Notes: generated by a model from the letters alone, not told the origin. A stretch of 63,403 nt of DNA, filler included, from Chiloscyllium plagiosum (GCF_004010195.1; 5 parts of 2 records of this genome joined end to end with filler, not necessarily neighbours in it), one strand, 5' to 3'. Shown: positions 39,050-53,172, counted from the whole stretch's first letter. Made by a program: numbers and translations.

Positions 39050-40936
39050 CATCAAAACCCACATCAAAGACTGCAGCTCTTAAAGTGACATCACCCCCTC
39101 AAAACCCATCTCTGACTGCAGCTCCTACAGTGTCATCATCCCTCAAAACCCATCCCTGACTACAGCCCATACAGTGTCCCCACCCCCTCAAAACCCATCC
39201 CTGACTGCAGCTCCTACAGTGACACAGCACCCTCAAAACCCATCCCTGACTGCAGCTCCTACAGCGACACTACCCCCTCAAAACCCATCCCTGACTGCAG
39301 CTCCTACAGTGACACCATCACCTCAAAACCCATCCCTGACTGGAGCTTCTACAGTGACACCACCGCCTCAAAACCTATCCATGACTGCAGCTCTTACAGT
39401 GACACCACCCCCTCAATACCCATCCCTGACCGCATCTCCTAGTGACCCCATCCCCACAAAACACATCCCTGACTGCAGCTCCTACAGTGACACCACCCCC
39501 GAAAAACCAATTCCTGACTGCTTCTCCGACATTGACGACACACCCTCAAAACCCATCCCTGACTGCAGCTTTTAAAGTGACACCACTCCCTCAAAACCCA
39601 TCCCTGACTGCATCTCCTACACTGACATCTCCCTCTCAAATCCTATACTTGATTGTTGCTCTTAGTGACCCCACCCGCTCAAAACCCATCCCTGACTGTA
39701 GCTCTTACAGTGACACCTCCCTCTCAAAACCTATCCCTGACTGCCACCCCTACCATGACACCACCGCCTCAATACCCATCCCTGACTGCAGCTCCTACAG
39801 TGAGCCCACACCCTCAAAACCCATCCCAGACTGCAGTTCCTACAGTGAGACGTCCTCTTAAAACCCATCCCTAGCTGCAGCTCTTAAAGTGACACCACCC
39901 CCTCAAAACCCATCCCTGACGGCAGCTACTACAGTGACACCACCCCCTCAACACCCGTATCTGACTGCAGCTCTTACAGTGAGCCCACACCCTCAAAACC
40001 CATCCCAGACTGCAGTTCCTACAGTGAGACGTCCTCTTAAAACCCATCCCTGACTGCAGCTCCTACACTGAAACCACCCCCTCAAAACCCATCCCTGACT
40101 GCATCCCCTACAGTGACACCACCCTCTCATAACCGATTCCTGACTGCATCTCTGACACTGACACCACCCCCTCAAATCGCATCCCTGATTGCAGCTCCTA
40201 GTGTCCCCACACCCTCAAAACCCATCCCTGACTGCATATCCTACAGTGACACCACCCCCTCAAAACTGATTTCTGACTGCATCTCCGACGCTGACACCAC
40301 CTCCTAAAATCCCATCACTGACTGCAGCTGTTCCAGTGACACCACCCACTGAAAACCCATCCCTGACTGCAGCACCTACAGTGATACTTTAACCTCAAAA
40401 CCCATCCTGACTGCTGGTCTTAAAGTGACACCACCCCCTCAAAACCCATCCTGACTGCAGCTCTTACAGTGACACCACCCCCTCAAAGCCCATCCCTGAC
40501 TGCAGCTCCTAGTGACCCCACAACCTCAAAACCCATCTCTGACTGCAGTTCCTACAGTGACACTACCGCCTCAAAACCTATCCCTGATTGCAGCTCTTAC
40601 AGTGACACCACCCCCTCCACCTCTATCCCTTACTGCATATCCTGCAGTAACACTGTGCCCTCAAAACCCATCCCTAACTGCATCTCTTACAGTGACACCA
40701 CCCCCTCAAAACCGATTTCTGACTGCATCTCCGACGCTGACACCACCTCCTAAAATCCCATCACTGACTGCAGCTGTTCCAGTGACACCACCCACTGAAA
40801 ACCCATCCCTGTCTGCAGCACCTACAGTGACACTTTAACCTCAATACCCATCCCTGACTGCTGGTCTTAAAATGACACCACCCCCTCAAAACCCATCCTG
40901 CCTGCAGCTCCTACAGTGACACCACCCCCTCAAAAC
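39050..40936 (+). repeat. 45-bp minisatellite, about 42 units, runs into a gap
   Basis: Consensus GTGACACCACCCCCTCAAAACCCATCCCTGACTGCAGCTCCTACA. Confidence 0.95.
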
Positions 40937-41036
40937 NNNNNNNNNNNNNNNNNNNNNNNNNNNNNNNNNNNNNNNNNNNNTTAATTAATTAANNNNNNNN
41001 NNNNNNNNNNNNNNNNNNNNNNNNNNNNNNNNNNNN

Positions 41037-41792
41037 GGGTGACTTGATTGTGGTGTACAAGATGATTAGGGGGTTAGATAGGGTTGACAGTGTGAACTTT
41101 TTCCCGCGTATGGAGTCGGGTATTACAGGGGGGCATAGCTTTAAATTAAGGGGTGGTAGGTATAGGACAGATGTTAGGGGTAGATTTGGCATATGGCGTA
41201 CTGGCTTTTATTGGTAGAGGAATTGAGTTCTGGAGTCCTGAGGTCATGATGCAGTTGTATAAGACTCTGGTGCGGCCGCATCTGGAATATTGTGTGCAGT
41301 TTTGGTCGCCATACTATAGGAAGGATGTGGAGGCACTGGAACGGGTGCAGAGGAGGTTTACCAGGATGTTGCCTGGTATGGAAGGAAGATCGTATGAGGA
41401 AAGACTGAGACACTTGGGGCTGTTTTCATTAGAGAAAAGAAGGTTTAGGGGTGACTTGATTGAGGTGTACAAGATGATTAGGGGGTTAGATAGGGTTGAC
41501 AGTGTGAACCTTTTCCCGCGTATGGAGTCGGGTATTACCAGGGGGCATAGCTTTAAATTAAGGGGGGGTAGATATAGGACTGAAGTTAGGGGTAGGTTCT
41601 TCACTCAGCGAGTCGTAAGTTCATGGAATGCCCTGCCAGTAGCAGTGGTGGACTCTCCCTCTTTATGGGCATTTAAGCGGGCATTGGATAGGTATATGGA
41701 GGATAGTGGGTTAGTATAGGTTAGGTGGGCTTGGATCGGTGCAACATCGAGGGCCAAAGGGCCTGTACTGCGCTGTATTCTTCTATGTTCTA
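41037..41792 (+). mobile_element. Young CR1 ORF2 3' end, preceded by a duplicate of about 150 bp of its own downstream sequence
   Basis: ORF 41153..41719: [41 protein letters not shown]...WNALP. 41037-41185 closely matches 41448-41596. Confidence 0.9.
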
Positions 41793-43734
41793 TAAAATCA
41801 TGGTTAATCCAAATCCACAACTCCACTTCTTCACATTTTCAATTCTATTAATGATCAGAAATCTGTCCATCACAGGCCTAAATATTCTCAACAACCTAGC
41901 CTCAACAATCCATTACGCATTTAAGTGGGTGCCCCCTTACTCAGATTGTGCCCTTTGATCCAGACTCTCCCGCAGGAGAAATTCTCTCTCCACATTCACT
42001 CTAAAAAACATCGGATTCTTGCAGATATGTTTCATTGAGATCTCCTCACTTTATTCTCAACTCTAAAAATTAATTCAATTCTAAACTACACAACATTCCC
42101 TCATAAGAAAATTCTTTCATACATAGAAAGCTTTCTGAATTGCCTCCAAAACCAGTATCTTTTCTCTTGGATAAGCAGTGTCACAGTGGAAATGTCTTAA
42201 CTGTCCTCTAACCAATTAGAGGCGGACATTAAATGCTGCTTTAACCAATGACACCCATATCTCATTAATAAAATTTCAAAACATCAAAAATATTCAATGT
42301 ATTGTAAGTTTGACTGACTAATGTCTTATTGGGAGATTTTGCTAAAACTATTGTAATTCAGCATTTGCCTTCCCTATCATCTGAACCTGGATGCTAGTTC
42401 GTGATGCACAAGGACTCTAAGAGTGCCAAAACTTTCTTGTCCTATCTGCACTCAAAATTCAGCTCAATTATTCTTCCTGCCAAAATACACAACTTCAAGT
42501 TTTCCTACGTTACATACCATCTCTAGGTATTTGAACACTCAATTGCCTATATTTCTCGGTAAACTCCTCAGGTCATTCCCGCTCCCTGCCATCTCACTTA
42601 CTTTTGTGTAACCCACAAGTTGGGGATATCAAATTCTCTTCCCTTATCCAAGTCATTAATATATTGTGAACAATCGTGGCCCTGCTATAGATCCAGCGGC
42701 ACCCCACTAGTTACAGGTCGCCATCCTGAAAATATTCCTTTACCCAAACTCACTGTCTTATTAGTTAGCCATTCTTCTCTCCATGCTAATATACTACCAC
42801 TAACATCACAGGTTCTTAAGTAGCTTTATGGAATACCTTTGGAAATCCAAATATGACATCTATTGATTTCCATTTATTTTGCTTGTTACTTCAAGAATGC
42901 TAATAAATTTGTCATACACAATCTTCCTTAATGATGCCATGTTGACTCTGCTAAATGCTTTGCTGTTATATCATTTATAATAGATTGTAACATTTTCTCA
43001 ATCACTGATGTTAAGCTAACTGGCCATACGAACTAAGTGGCCTCCTTTGCCAATGTACTAACTTATAATTCTCTACAGAATAAGTGAATACAGCTCAATC
43101 ATTCAAACAAAAATAAAAATACTATTTTAAAACACTCAAAAAATACTTACTTGCAGCTTCATGAAACTTGCACATGAGCACATATTTTATAAAATGGTAT
43201 ATTAAGTTACTAAATTTAGGGCCTCCAGGAGACAGAAGTAATGATGCTGTGACTTGAGGAAAATCATTTCCAACTTCTTCCTGGAGGAGAGACAAAGAAT
43301 TATAATCTCATTTATGATGTTAACTTCCTTATAAATACAGATCAATTTCATACCTTGGAGAAAACACTTAAGAATTACATTTCAACAGGACTGAAATGCT
43401 TACCACTTGTTCAACATGAAAACAATGTGATATTTAGCATCTACAATAAAAAGACAGTTCTACCTTACCAACATCGCCTTTCATCTTCCAATATTAAATT
43501 GTCAGACTATGGGACTGGGGGAATAGAAATTTCCAATCAAATAGTAAGAGGTTGTCTCTTTGGAACAACATCAATTTCCGACACATTGCCATTGTCCTCC
43601 CTTGCAACTGCACAATGCTGATTTTATAGATGTCACACTTGATGACAAAAAGGAATCTATGTTCAGATTTGAAAAAAATCCCATACCTATCTCGAACAAT
43701 GCCACAACTAAAATCTACAGAATCTAGAGTTGTT

Positions 43735-45810
43735 GTGGTCCCTGATTTTATCCCAGTGTCAAGCTTCTTGAGCATTGTTGGAATTGCACTCATACAGCCA
43801 AGTGGACAGTATTCCATCACACTCTTGAATTGTGCCTTGTCGTTGGTGTATAAGCTTTGGGGAGTCAGGTGGTGAGTTAATTGCGGCTTTATTCCCAGCC
43901 TCTGACTGGCACATGTAGCCAGTGTTTGAGCAAGTACAGTTAAATTTCTGGTAAATGATAACCTCCAAACATGTTGATAGTGGGGGAATTCAGAGAAGGT
44001 AACACTACTGAGTGTCAAGGTACAGTGTTTAGATTGACCATCTCCAATAAGAGACATTGCCAGGTATTTGGGCAGCATAAAACGTTACTTACAACTGTCA
44101 CTCAAGTCTGGATACATGCTGAATATTGTGCAATTGTCACACTCTGGTGACAGCAGGATGGAGTGAATGTCATTGTTGAAGCAACTGAAGATGGTTTGGC
44201 CTATGACATTACCCTGATGAACTCCTGCAGAGATGTCCTAGCGTGAACTCCAACAATCACACTCATCTTCTTACATTTCAGGTATGACTCCAACCGACAG
44301 ACAGTTTCCCCACTGATACCCACAAGTTTTGATAAGAGCCCTTGATGCCACACAGTTGAATGCAGCCTTAATATCAAGAGCTGTTGTTCTCAGATCACCT
44401 CTGGAATTCAGCACTTTTACCCATGTCTGAATTGGGGCTGTAATGAGATCAACTGAGTGCCCCTGGCAGAACTTAGGTTGGGCATCACTGATCAGGTTAC
44501 TGTTGAGTGAGTGTTGCTTAATAGCACCGTCCATCACTACTAATGATTGACAGTAGACTAATGGGGAGGTAAATGGCCCAGTTGGACTCGCCCTATCTTG
44601 TGTACAGGACATACCTAGACAACTTTCCACATTGGCAAAGCCAGTGCTGCAACTGTAACAGAAGAGCTTGGCTAAAGGAGCAACTTCTAGAGCACATGCC
44701 TTTAATATTATTGTCAGAATGTTGTCAGAGTCCATAGACTTTGCAGTAACCAGCGCCTCCATCATTTCTTGATATCACATGGAGTGAATCAAATTGGCAG
44801 GAGACCACTGGAGGCAGCAGAGATGGATCTTTGCTGATTGCTACAGCCTTATCTATTGCACTGACATATTCGACTATTCCATCATTAGGTATAGGTATAT
44901 TTGTGGAGACACCTCCCCTAGTAAGTTGTTTATTTGTCCACCAACATTCAAGAACAGATTTGGCAGGACTACAGAGCTTAGATCTGTTCCCTTGGTCGTC
45001 GGATACTTTTCTGTCTTTCACATGGTGCAAATGCTGTGCAGCATGCAGATAGTCCTGTTTGGTAGCTCCACTAGATTGAACCTCTTCTAGGTATGCCTGG
45101 TTCTGCTCCTGACATATCCTCCTGCATTCTCTGCTGAACTATTACAGATTCTCTGGCTCGATGATAATGGCTGAGTGAGAGATAAGTGGGCCATGAGGTT
45201 GCTGAATGTGCAGTACAATCCTGTTGCTGTTGATAGCCGATAGTGCCTTATAGATGCCCAGCCTAGAGTTGCTCAATCTGTTCAGTTTTCCCCACTTAGC
45301 ATTGTGATAGCACCACACCAAATGGAGGGTATTCTCAAAGTGAAGATGGGACTGCACCTCCACAAGGACAGTGCAGGAGTCACTATTCCTGACACGGTCA
45401 TGGGTATATGCATCTACAGCTGGCAGGCTGGTATGGATTAGTTAAATATCTTTTTCCCTTTTGTTTATTTCCTCACCACCTAACAGTCCCAGAGTTACAC
45501 TTCAGTCCTTAGGACGCAACCAGCCTGATCAATCTTACCCTTTTGAGCCACTCTTGGTTATGGACATTAAAATCCCATAGCCAGAGTATACTTAGTGCCC
45601 TTGGGACTTTGTGTTTCTTCAGTGTTGTTCAACATAGAGGAACAGGGAGTCATCAGCCATGGGAAGATGGCATGTGGTAATCAGCATGGTTTCTTTGCAA
45701 TGTTTAACCTGAAACTTGCAACTTCATGGGGTCCGAAGTCAAAAGGAGTACTCAAGGGTAAACCCTTCCTGACTGCACACCATAGTGCTTCCACCTCTGC
45801 TGGGTCTGTC
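43735..45810 (-). mobile_element. Old CR1/L2-group LINE ORF2, degenerate
   Basis: TTALDIKAAFNCV (ORF 44271..44765); KAQFKSVMEYCPLGCMSAIPTMLKKLDT (ORF 43494..44078); same family as 27500-28900. Confidence 0.7.
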
Positions 45811-45824
45811 AATGACAGATATAT

Positions 45825-46195
45825 ATCATAGAAATAGACCCTTTGATCCAAGTTTTCCATGCTAACCAGATATCCTAAATAATCTAGTCTCATTTGCCAG
45901 CATTTGTCCCACATACCTCAAAACCCTTCCTATTCATACACACATCCAGATGCCTTTTAAATGTTATAATTGTACCAACCTCCATCACTTCCTCTGACAT
46001 CTCATTCCATATATGGACCAGCCTCTGCATGAAAAGGTTGCCCAGTAGATCCCTTTTAGATATTTCCGCTCTTATCTTAAAACAATGCCCTCCAGTTTTG
46101 GACTCCCCCACCCTGGAGAAAAGATCTTGTCTATTTACCATATCCATGCCTCATGACTTTATAAACCTTTATAAAAGGTCACACCTCAGCCTCCT
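45825..46195 (-). mobile_element. CR1 3' end
   Basis: KRDLLGNLFMQRLVHIWNEM...FKRHLD (ORF 45890..46147). Confidence 0.82.
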
Positions 46196-47162
46196 GCAGG
46201 TCGGACAGAACATATCTAGGAATGGTGATGGTAGTGTGTGGCACATTGTCTGTAAGGTATGATTCCATAAGTATGACTATATCAAATTGCCACTTGATAT
46301 GACAGAGAGAGAGAGATAGACAGACACAGACAGAGAGAGAAAGACAGAGACTTCTCTCAATTCTGGGATGTCCCCAGATGTTAGAAAGGAAGATTTTACA
46401 GGGTCATTGTCTTTTATTGTGCCTAGGTCAATGTCAGATGATTGAGGCTTAGGTGATGATTAATACAAGTGAGTGACTTGCTTGGCCATTTCAAAGGGCC
46501 TTGAGTGTCAACTGTAGGCCAGGCTAGTCAGTATGGCAATTTCCTTCAATAAGAAAGCATTAATGAACTAGAGGGTCTTCCCAACAATTGACAAAAGGAA
46601 CCATCTCATCATTTGAGTCTTAAATCCAGACTTTTTTTTAATTTCACTATCTGATATGGTAGAAATCAAACCTACCACAGTGTTACCTGGGTCTGAGTTA
46701 ATAGTCCAACAATAATAGCACTAAGCGATTACCTTCACCTATATTAGGTTTTTGTTTACTTACTGCAATTTTCTTCATCCACTCAAAGCACATTTTCCTA
46801 AAGGATGCAGCACTTTTCTTATCATAAATAGGCCAACAATCCCTTAAAAAAAAATTAAGAAATGACATCAAAAAAAAGTTAAGCATTACTTAAAATTTGT
46901 AGCAAATTTAAATTAGCTAATTATAATAGTTGTACAAAGTAAGTTCTACATTTTAAAACAAAACCATTAAAGTCTAGACATGAAGTTGAGCGAGTTGAAT
47001 GCTAATTACACAGGTTTGAATAGAGAAAAGGAAGCTCAACAAACATACTACTGCCCAACTCACTGCATGCTCCAGAAGCCATTATGGGTGGCAATGGTAA
47101 AACGTGTGTCGCCCTACTCTGCCGTCTAGTAGTATACAGCCCAGGAAACAATTACTGTCATC

Positions 47163-47402
47163 GAGGTAAAAACAATAACTGCAGATGCTGGAAACCAAAT
47201 TCTGGGTTAGTGGTGCTAGAAGAGCACAGCAGTTCAGGCAGCATCCAAGGAGCTTCGAAATCGACGTTTCAGGCAAAAGCCCTTCATCAGGAATAAAGGC
47301 AGTGAGCCTGAAGCGTGGAGAGATAAGCTAGAGGAGGGTGGGGGTGGGGAGAAAGTAGCATCGAGTACAATGGGTGAGTGGGGGAGGGGATGAAGGTGAT
47401 AG
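47163..47402 (-). mobile_element. PLE family A 3' region with near-intact hammerhead (47263-47290)
   Basis: ATTC-CTGATGA-A-GGGC-TTTT-GCCT-GAAA-CG-TC-GATT on the minus strand, with native C-rich upstream sequence. Confidence 0.8.
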
Positions 47403-48569
47403 TGTCACTCATTTGTGACTAACAATGAAATTTGTTGTTGATTGTCCACTCATTACAGGAGATTAAAAACAGCTAACTCATTTACTCCATTACAAGCAAC
47501 TCTTTGATTTATGATATTTGATTTGAGCAATAAGACTCAAATTTAGAAGTCAGTCAAAAGAATCTATTCAAATAAATCTTATTTTGCAGCCTCCAGAAAA
47601 AAAAATCAAGGAAATGGTTAATGGGACATTCCTTTTTTGCAGGAAAAGTGGCAAAGTTCAACTTCTCATAGCTTGAAGTTGCAATCTCAGTCAGACACCC
47701 AATTAAGAGGGTACTCAAATTAATGCACATGGTGAAAAGAGTACCTCAAAAAGAAAAATATTAACAGTTGCACTAAATCTGAAAAATAAACTATATTATC
47801 CGATAAAATGTAAAGTTATGCAAGCAGCCTTAAAATTAGCTCAAAAGCAACTACTTCTACTTCTGAGAATTAAAAAACATTTTAAATTTCAAAATTACAA
47901 TAGAAAGTGTTTTTAAAAAAAACCTGACTTCAATATTGTAGATTGTGACCCAGCAGTTTTTCAACCATGAAAAGTTAACCCAGCTAAAGAATTAAACAGC
48001 AAGCTCACCTCATAATTATGATATATATGATCAAACATTAGAAGCCAATTTACACATACAAGTTAGTTTTCTTATTGCAAACTCCAATCTTAAAATTATA
48101 TTGCCCTTCTCCGAAATATATCTACATTTACAAGAAATTTAGAATTTATTTAAACAGATTGGCAAAAGGGATAAATTTCCTCAGAGCTTTTCTCCCCTGC
48201 AGTTTGGCATAAGTTAATATGAATTGGACACACCAAAATTTGCGCAAGTTATAGCGGCAGAGTAGAAAGGTTTCAAGATATATAGCCCATAGATGCAAAT
48301 GACATCTTCAGGCTTCTAAAAAAAAACTACATGATGTGACTCAACACATGATGTGACAATCTCAACTGCTCAAATCAATAAGATTCCAAATGTCGCAAGT
48401 CAGTCAATTGTGTCAACAAAAAAAAATCAAAATAGATTAAAATGGATTGGATAACTGGCTTTGACCTGGACACTGGAAATGAAAAAAGTGCACCCAGCCC
48501 ATTGATCTTGCAAAGCCTTTCTTACAATGGTGTGACTTGCTCCAAAATTGGGAGAACTACTCTGCAAAC

Positions 48570-48690
48570 TAGGAGAAAATGAGGACTGAAGATGCTGGAG
48601 ATCAGAGTCGAAACGTCTGGCACTGGAAAAGCACAGCAGGTCAGGCAGCATCCAAGAAGGAGGAGAGTCAATATTTCAGGCATAACCCTT
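48570..48690 (-). mobile_element. Degenerate PLE family A fragment ending at the ribozyme
   Basis: aggagaaaatgaggactgaagatgctgg...tttcaggcataaccctt. Confidence 0.7.
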
Positions 48691-49362
48691 AGTCAAGCAA
48701 GAGCCCGATAGTCATTCTCACCGAAATTATACATTATAACGAATGTCCCAGACCATCCTTGGATATGTCCTAACCAACTGACAGCACAGACTCAGTGGAA
48801 AGGGTAACATAGTATTACAGAGTCATGAGGGAGTTGACCTCGGAGTCCTCAACCATTAGGTTAAACATGGGCATGGTAACCTGTTAATTAACAAGTAATG
48901 TATCTGCTGAGGGAGGACATTAGTACTTCTCCACATTGAACATAAACTGGAAAAAGCAGTAGGACAAGGTCACACAAACCATCACAGAGCTCTATATCAG
49001 CACCACCATTGATCAAGCACTACCAGTCTGGGCTTAAAGCAGATAGGGAGAGAACCACCAAGAGGAGAAAAAAGCTATTAGGCATATTTTCACCAATTTA
49101 CCTATCACAGATGCACCTGTCCGTTCAACGATCAGTGAATGAACCTTTTGAAGACAATGTCATACCATTTCCACATGCAGCACTCACTCATTGCATGGCA
49201 TAACTACAATTCTAAATGTGGGCAGATTTTCAACAGGTACAGTATCTTATCTGGGAATCCATAAGACTTTGTAGGCCATGAGAAGCACAATTTTGTTCAA
49301 CTGTAACCTCAAATTTGGCATATCCCTCTGATCAAATCTCAGGAGCCCAGCCACATCTAATA

Positions 49363-49484
49363 GAGACAGAAGTCACAACACCAGGACATAGCACAACAGG
49401 TTTATTTGAAATCACAATGTTCTGCAGCACTGCTCCTATCATGCTACTTCTAACTTTGTCTATCCCAGTCCAACACCTCCACGT
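49363..49484. mobile_element. Degenerate inverted PLE family B insertion
   Basis: 11-bp TSD CACATCTAATA at 49352-49362 and 49485-49495; acaacaccagg...caacaggtttatttg. Confidence 0.6.
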
Positions 49485-49920
49485 CACATCTAATATAAAT
49501 TTGTTGCATAGTTTGAAACTGAAGTAAAAACAGCAAGGCCACCAAGCTCTTAGCTGAACTCAAAAAATGTGAGCTTTAGGAAAGCACAGTAATTTGATTC
49601 TTAAGTGCTGTATCCTTCTGCAGCTAACTACCCAGCATAATTTGTCAGATATCCAAAACTAGCCTTTGGGAAAAGTTACTCAAAATCCTCCAGTTATTAA
49701 TTTGCAAGAACTGTACACTAAGTTAATACCTCAGAAGACACGAAAACAATAGTCCAGATTTTCCAAGATTGAAAATCACAATCATTGTCTTGCCAGGTAT
49801 TTTCCCATGTTAAGAAATTCCTGTCAGGACTCCAGTAAAAACATAGAATTGTTTCTAAATCTGACAAATAACTTATAGGGTAGAATTACTAGGGAAAGGC
49901 AAACCATGACTGCATTTTCA

Positions 49921-50082
49921 CAGCAGGTTAAAATCTTCTAGGAGAAAGTGAGGACTGCAGATGCTGGAGATCAGAGCTGAAAATGCACAGCAGGTCAGGC
50001 AGCATCCAAGGAGCAGGAGAATCAACGTTTCGGGCATGAGCCCTTCTTCAGGCTGCGCTTTTCCAGTAACACATTTTCAGCT
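49921..50082 (-). mobile_element. PLE family A insertion with inversion; hammerhead core 50024-50051
   Basis: 11-bp TSD CTGCATTTTCA at 49910-49920 and 50083-50093; CTGAAGA-A-GGGC-TCAT-GCCC-GAAA-CG-TT (GUU triplet). Confidence 0.8.
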
Positions 50083-50699
50083 CTGCATTTTCATATCAGT
50101 TGAGTTCCTAGGAATAGAGGGGATAAAAGAATTCTGAGGGAGGTGTGCAAAGATTGTAATCAGTTTAAAAGGACTTCAGGAATGAGCTTTTCCTGAGTAA
50201 CCACACACATTATCAGAATCCATAGATTTAAATTGATACTTTGGGAGAGCTCGAGGTGTATAGGAATTACCATGCAGAATCTTAAAACTCTTGTTCAATT
50301 CTTTTAAAACCTATAATGATGGGGTTTTCAGAGAATCCCTATGTGCAACTCTTATCAACACTGGCATGACAACTGTCTGGCTGATGGAAAATCTTCATTA
50401 GCTTGCAACATGAACGTCTTACATTTTGCTTTTGACAGTCACTATAACTAGCTGCCCATGTCAATGATAATGATTGAATTGCCCTTATCATACTTATCGT
50501 CAACGTAAAAAGTGAGCTAAACAAACCTAAGAGAACAGAAAGTTTCAGTCAGTTGGTATCACAGTAACAATAAAATATCCAGCTTACCTGAAGAGAGAGT
50601 TGGCCCGATTTTGGTCCAATTGTAAGAACAAGAAATGCATGACAACTTGAAATGCTTCCATGTTTGGTTTGTCAAACATATCCCTGTTTGAAAATAACC

Positions 50700-51275
50700 A
50701 GAAGATTGTAAGAGTTTCTTTAGATATCTAAACGGCAAAAGAGGAGCAAAAGTGGACATTGGGCTGTTGGACAATGACACTGGAAAAGTAGTAATGAGGA
50801 ACAAAGAAATGGTTGAGGAACTGAATAAGTATTTTGCTTCAGTCTTCACAGTGGAAGACATGAATAATATCCCAAAAATTCAAGAGAGTCGTATGGCAGG
50901 GGTGAATATGGTAATCATCACCAAGGAGAAGTTGTTAGGAAAACTGAAAGGTTTGAAGCTGGATATATCACCTGGACCAGATGGACTGTACCCCAGAGTT
51001 TTTAAGGAAATAGGTTAAGAAATAGCAGCGATCTTTCAGAAATCACTGCAGTTAACGAGAGTCCCAGAGGACTGGAAAATCACTAATGTAACCCCTGTTT
51101 AAGAAGGGAGCGAGGCAAAAGACAGAAAATTACAGGCCGATTAGCCTGACCTCAGTCATTGGGAAGACAATGGGAACTCACTGAGAAGGAAGATATTTCT
51201 GAATACTTGGAGGTGTATGGAATGATAGGGCAAAGTCAGCATGGTTTCATCAACAGGAGGTCATGATTGACAAGA
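50700..51275 (+). mobile_element. CR1 ORF2 fragment
   Basis: EMVEELNKYFASVFTVED...SPGPDGLYPRVFKE (ORF 50752..51018); NYRPISLTSVIGK follows. Confidence 0.88.
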
Positions 51276-51384
51276 TCGGGGGGGNNNNNNNNNNNNNNNN
51301 NNNNNNNNNNNNNNNNNNNNNNNNNNNNTTAATTAATTAANNNNNNNNNNNNNNNNNNNNNNNNNNNNNNNNNNNNNNNNNNNN

Positions 51385-52652
51385 CTACAAGTCCGGATCC
51401 CATTCCCCTGCCAAATTAGTTTAAACCCCCCCGAAGATTGCTAGCAAACCTACCTCCCAGGATATTGGTGCCCTTCTGGTGCTGGTGCAACCCGTCCTGC
51501 TTGTACAGGTCCCACCTTTCCCAGAATGCAGTCCAATTGTCCAAATACCTGAAGCCCTCCCTCCTACACCATGCTTGCAGCCACGTGTTCAACTGCACTC
51601 TCTCCCTATTCCTTGCCTCACTGTCACGTGGCACCGGCAACAACCCAGGGATGACGACTCTGTCTGTCCTAGCTTTCAGCTTCCAGCCTAACTCCCTGAG
51701 CTCTTGAATGACCTCCCCACCTCTCTTCCTACCTATGTCGTTGGTGCCAACATGTACCACGACTTCTGGCTGCACACCCTCCCCCTTAAGGATTCTGAAG
51801 ACACGGTCCGAGATGTCTCGGATCCTGGCACCCGGGAGGCAACAAACCATCCGAGAGTCTCGCCCATGCCCACAGAACCGCCTGTCCGTCCCTCTAACTA
51901 GAGAGTCTCCTATAACTATCACTCTCCTCCTCTCCCCCTTTCCCTTCTGAGTCTCAGAGCCAGACCTCACGCCACAGACCCGGTCACTGCAGCTTACCCC
52001 TGCTAGGCTGTCCCCCCCACCAGTATCCAAAGCGGTATACCTATTGTTTCGGGGAATGACTACAGGAGATCGCTGCACTGCCTGCTTCTTCCCCTTCCCA
52101 CCTCTAACTGTTACCCAGCTACCTCTTCTCTGGCGTAACTATGTCCCTGTAGCTTCTATCTATCACCTTCTCAGCCTCTCGAATAATCCTCAGTTCATCC
52201 AACTCCAGTTCCAGTTCCCTAACTCGTTCTGTGAGGAGCAGGATCTGACTGCATTTCCTGCAGATGAAGTCGGCAGGAGTATCGGTGGTCACCCCTACCT
52301 CAAACATCCGGCAGGAGGAACATTCCACTGCCTGCGCTGCCATTACTCTACACCTCGTCTACAAAGCAAGAACACTGAGTAGCTTACCTGTGAACTTTAA
52401 AGTTAGGTTAGAGGAGGAGGATGGGAGGGAGGCCTTACTATGTAGGGCCTGTGGTTTAGAACACACCCACTCAAATATCAATCACTTACCTTCCCGACCA
52501 GCTCTACGCTCCAACCTCACTTCCGCCCAGCTCGTGCCGCTCTCTGCTGAGAAAAGACCGTTGACGTCGAGGTAAGTTCTTTATATATCACTTACCTTCC
52601 CGACCAGCTCTGTGCTCCAACCTCACTTCCGCCCAGCTCGCGCCGCTCTCTG
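51385..52652 (-). mobile_element. Young CR1 5' end: tandemly repeated 5'UTR and nearly intact ORF1 (zinc knuckle, coiled coil, SGNH esterase)
   Basis: ORF 52119..52343 (CSSC...CRKC, ELELELDEL) and ORF 51416..52078 (IGDSL...HVGTND...DGLH) separated by a frameshift; duplicate of about 65 bp at 52481-52545 and 52587-52652. Confidence 0.9.
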
Positions 52653-53172
52653 TAGTTCTGCATTTTTTTCAATCTTCAAGTACATACCAACTTCTTCATG
52701 AAAGCCACAATTAAGTTTGTCACCACCATTCTTTCAGGCAGTTAATGCTGGAGACATTCCCTGCATCAAACAAGTATCCTTGTGCCATCTCTGAGTCTTT
52801 TGACTAGTGTCACCCGGTCTTGACCCTTACTTGAATGGACATTGTTTTTTTGGACAATTCCTATCAATTTTTTTTTCTTAATCTCCACAAAGGAGAACCA
52901 CCACAGTTTTTCAAGCCACATCCATGTAACTAACGTTCTAACCCCTGATCCATTCTTGTGAATCCTTTTTCCACTCTGTCCAAAGGTAGACATCCTCACT
53001 CAAAGCAGAATTGGACACAGCTCTCAGTCAAGGTTGAGTCAATATTGTACTCATTGTAATTTCCTTGTATACAATTCTGATTCTAAAGCTGGATTCCCTA
53101 CTAACCTTTTGATTAAATTTCACGTCTTGACTTCGAACAAACTCCGGACTTCCTGGTTGGTTCTCCCTTAGT

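Noticed and set aside
39174..40838. Mucin-like Pro/Thr-rich ORFs
   Set aside because: Translation of a minisatellite; the frame shifts repeatedly and there is no signal peptide or splice support.
39050..40936. CRISPR-like regular repeat
   Set aside because: Contiguous tandem units with no unique spacers, in vertebrate DNA.
51416..52078. SGNH hydrolase as a host or horizontally acquired gene (also 24320-24754, 61461-61889)
   Set aside because: The esterase domain is an established part of CR1 ORF1, and the context is CR1.
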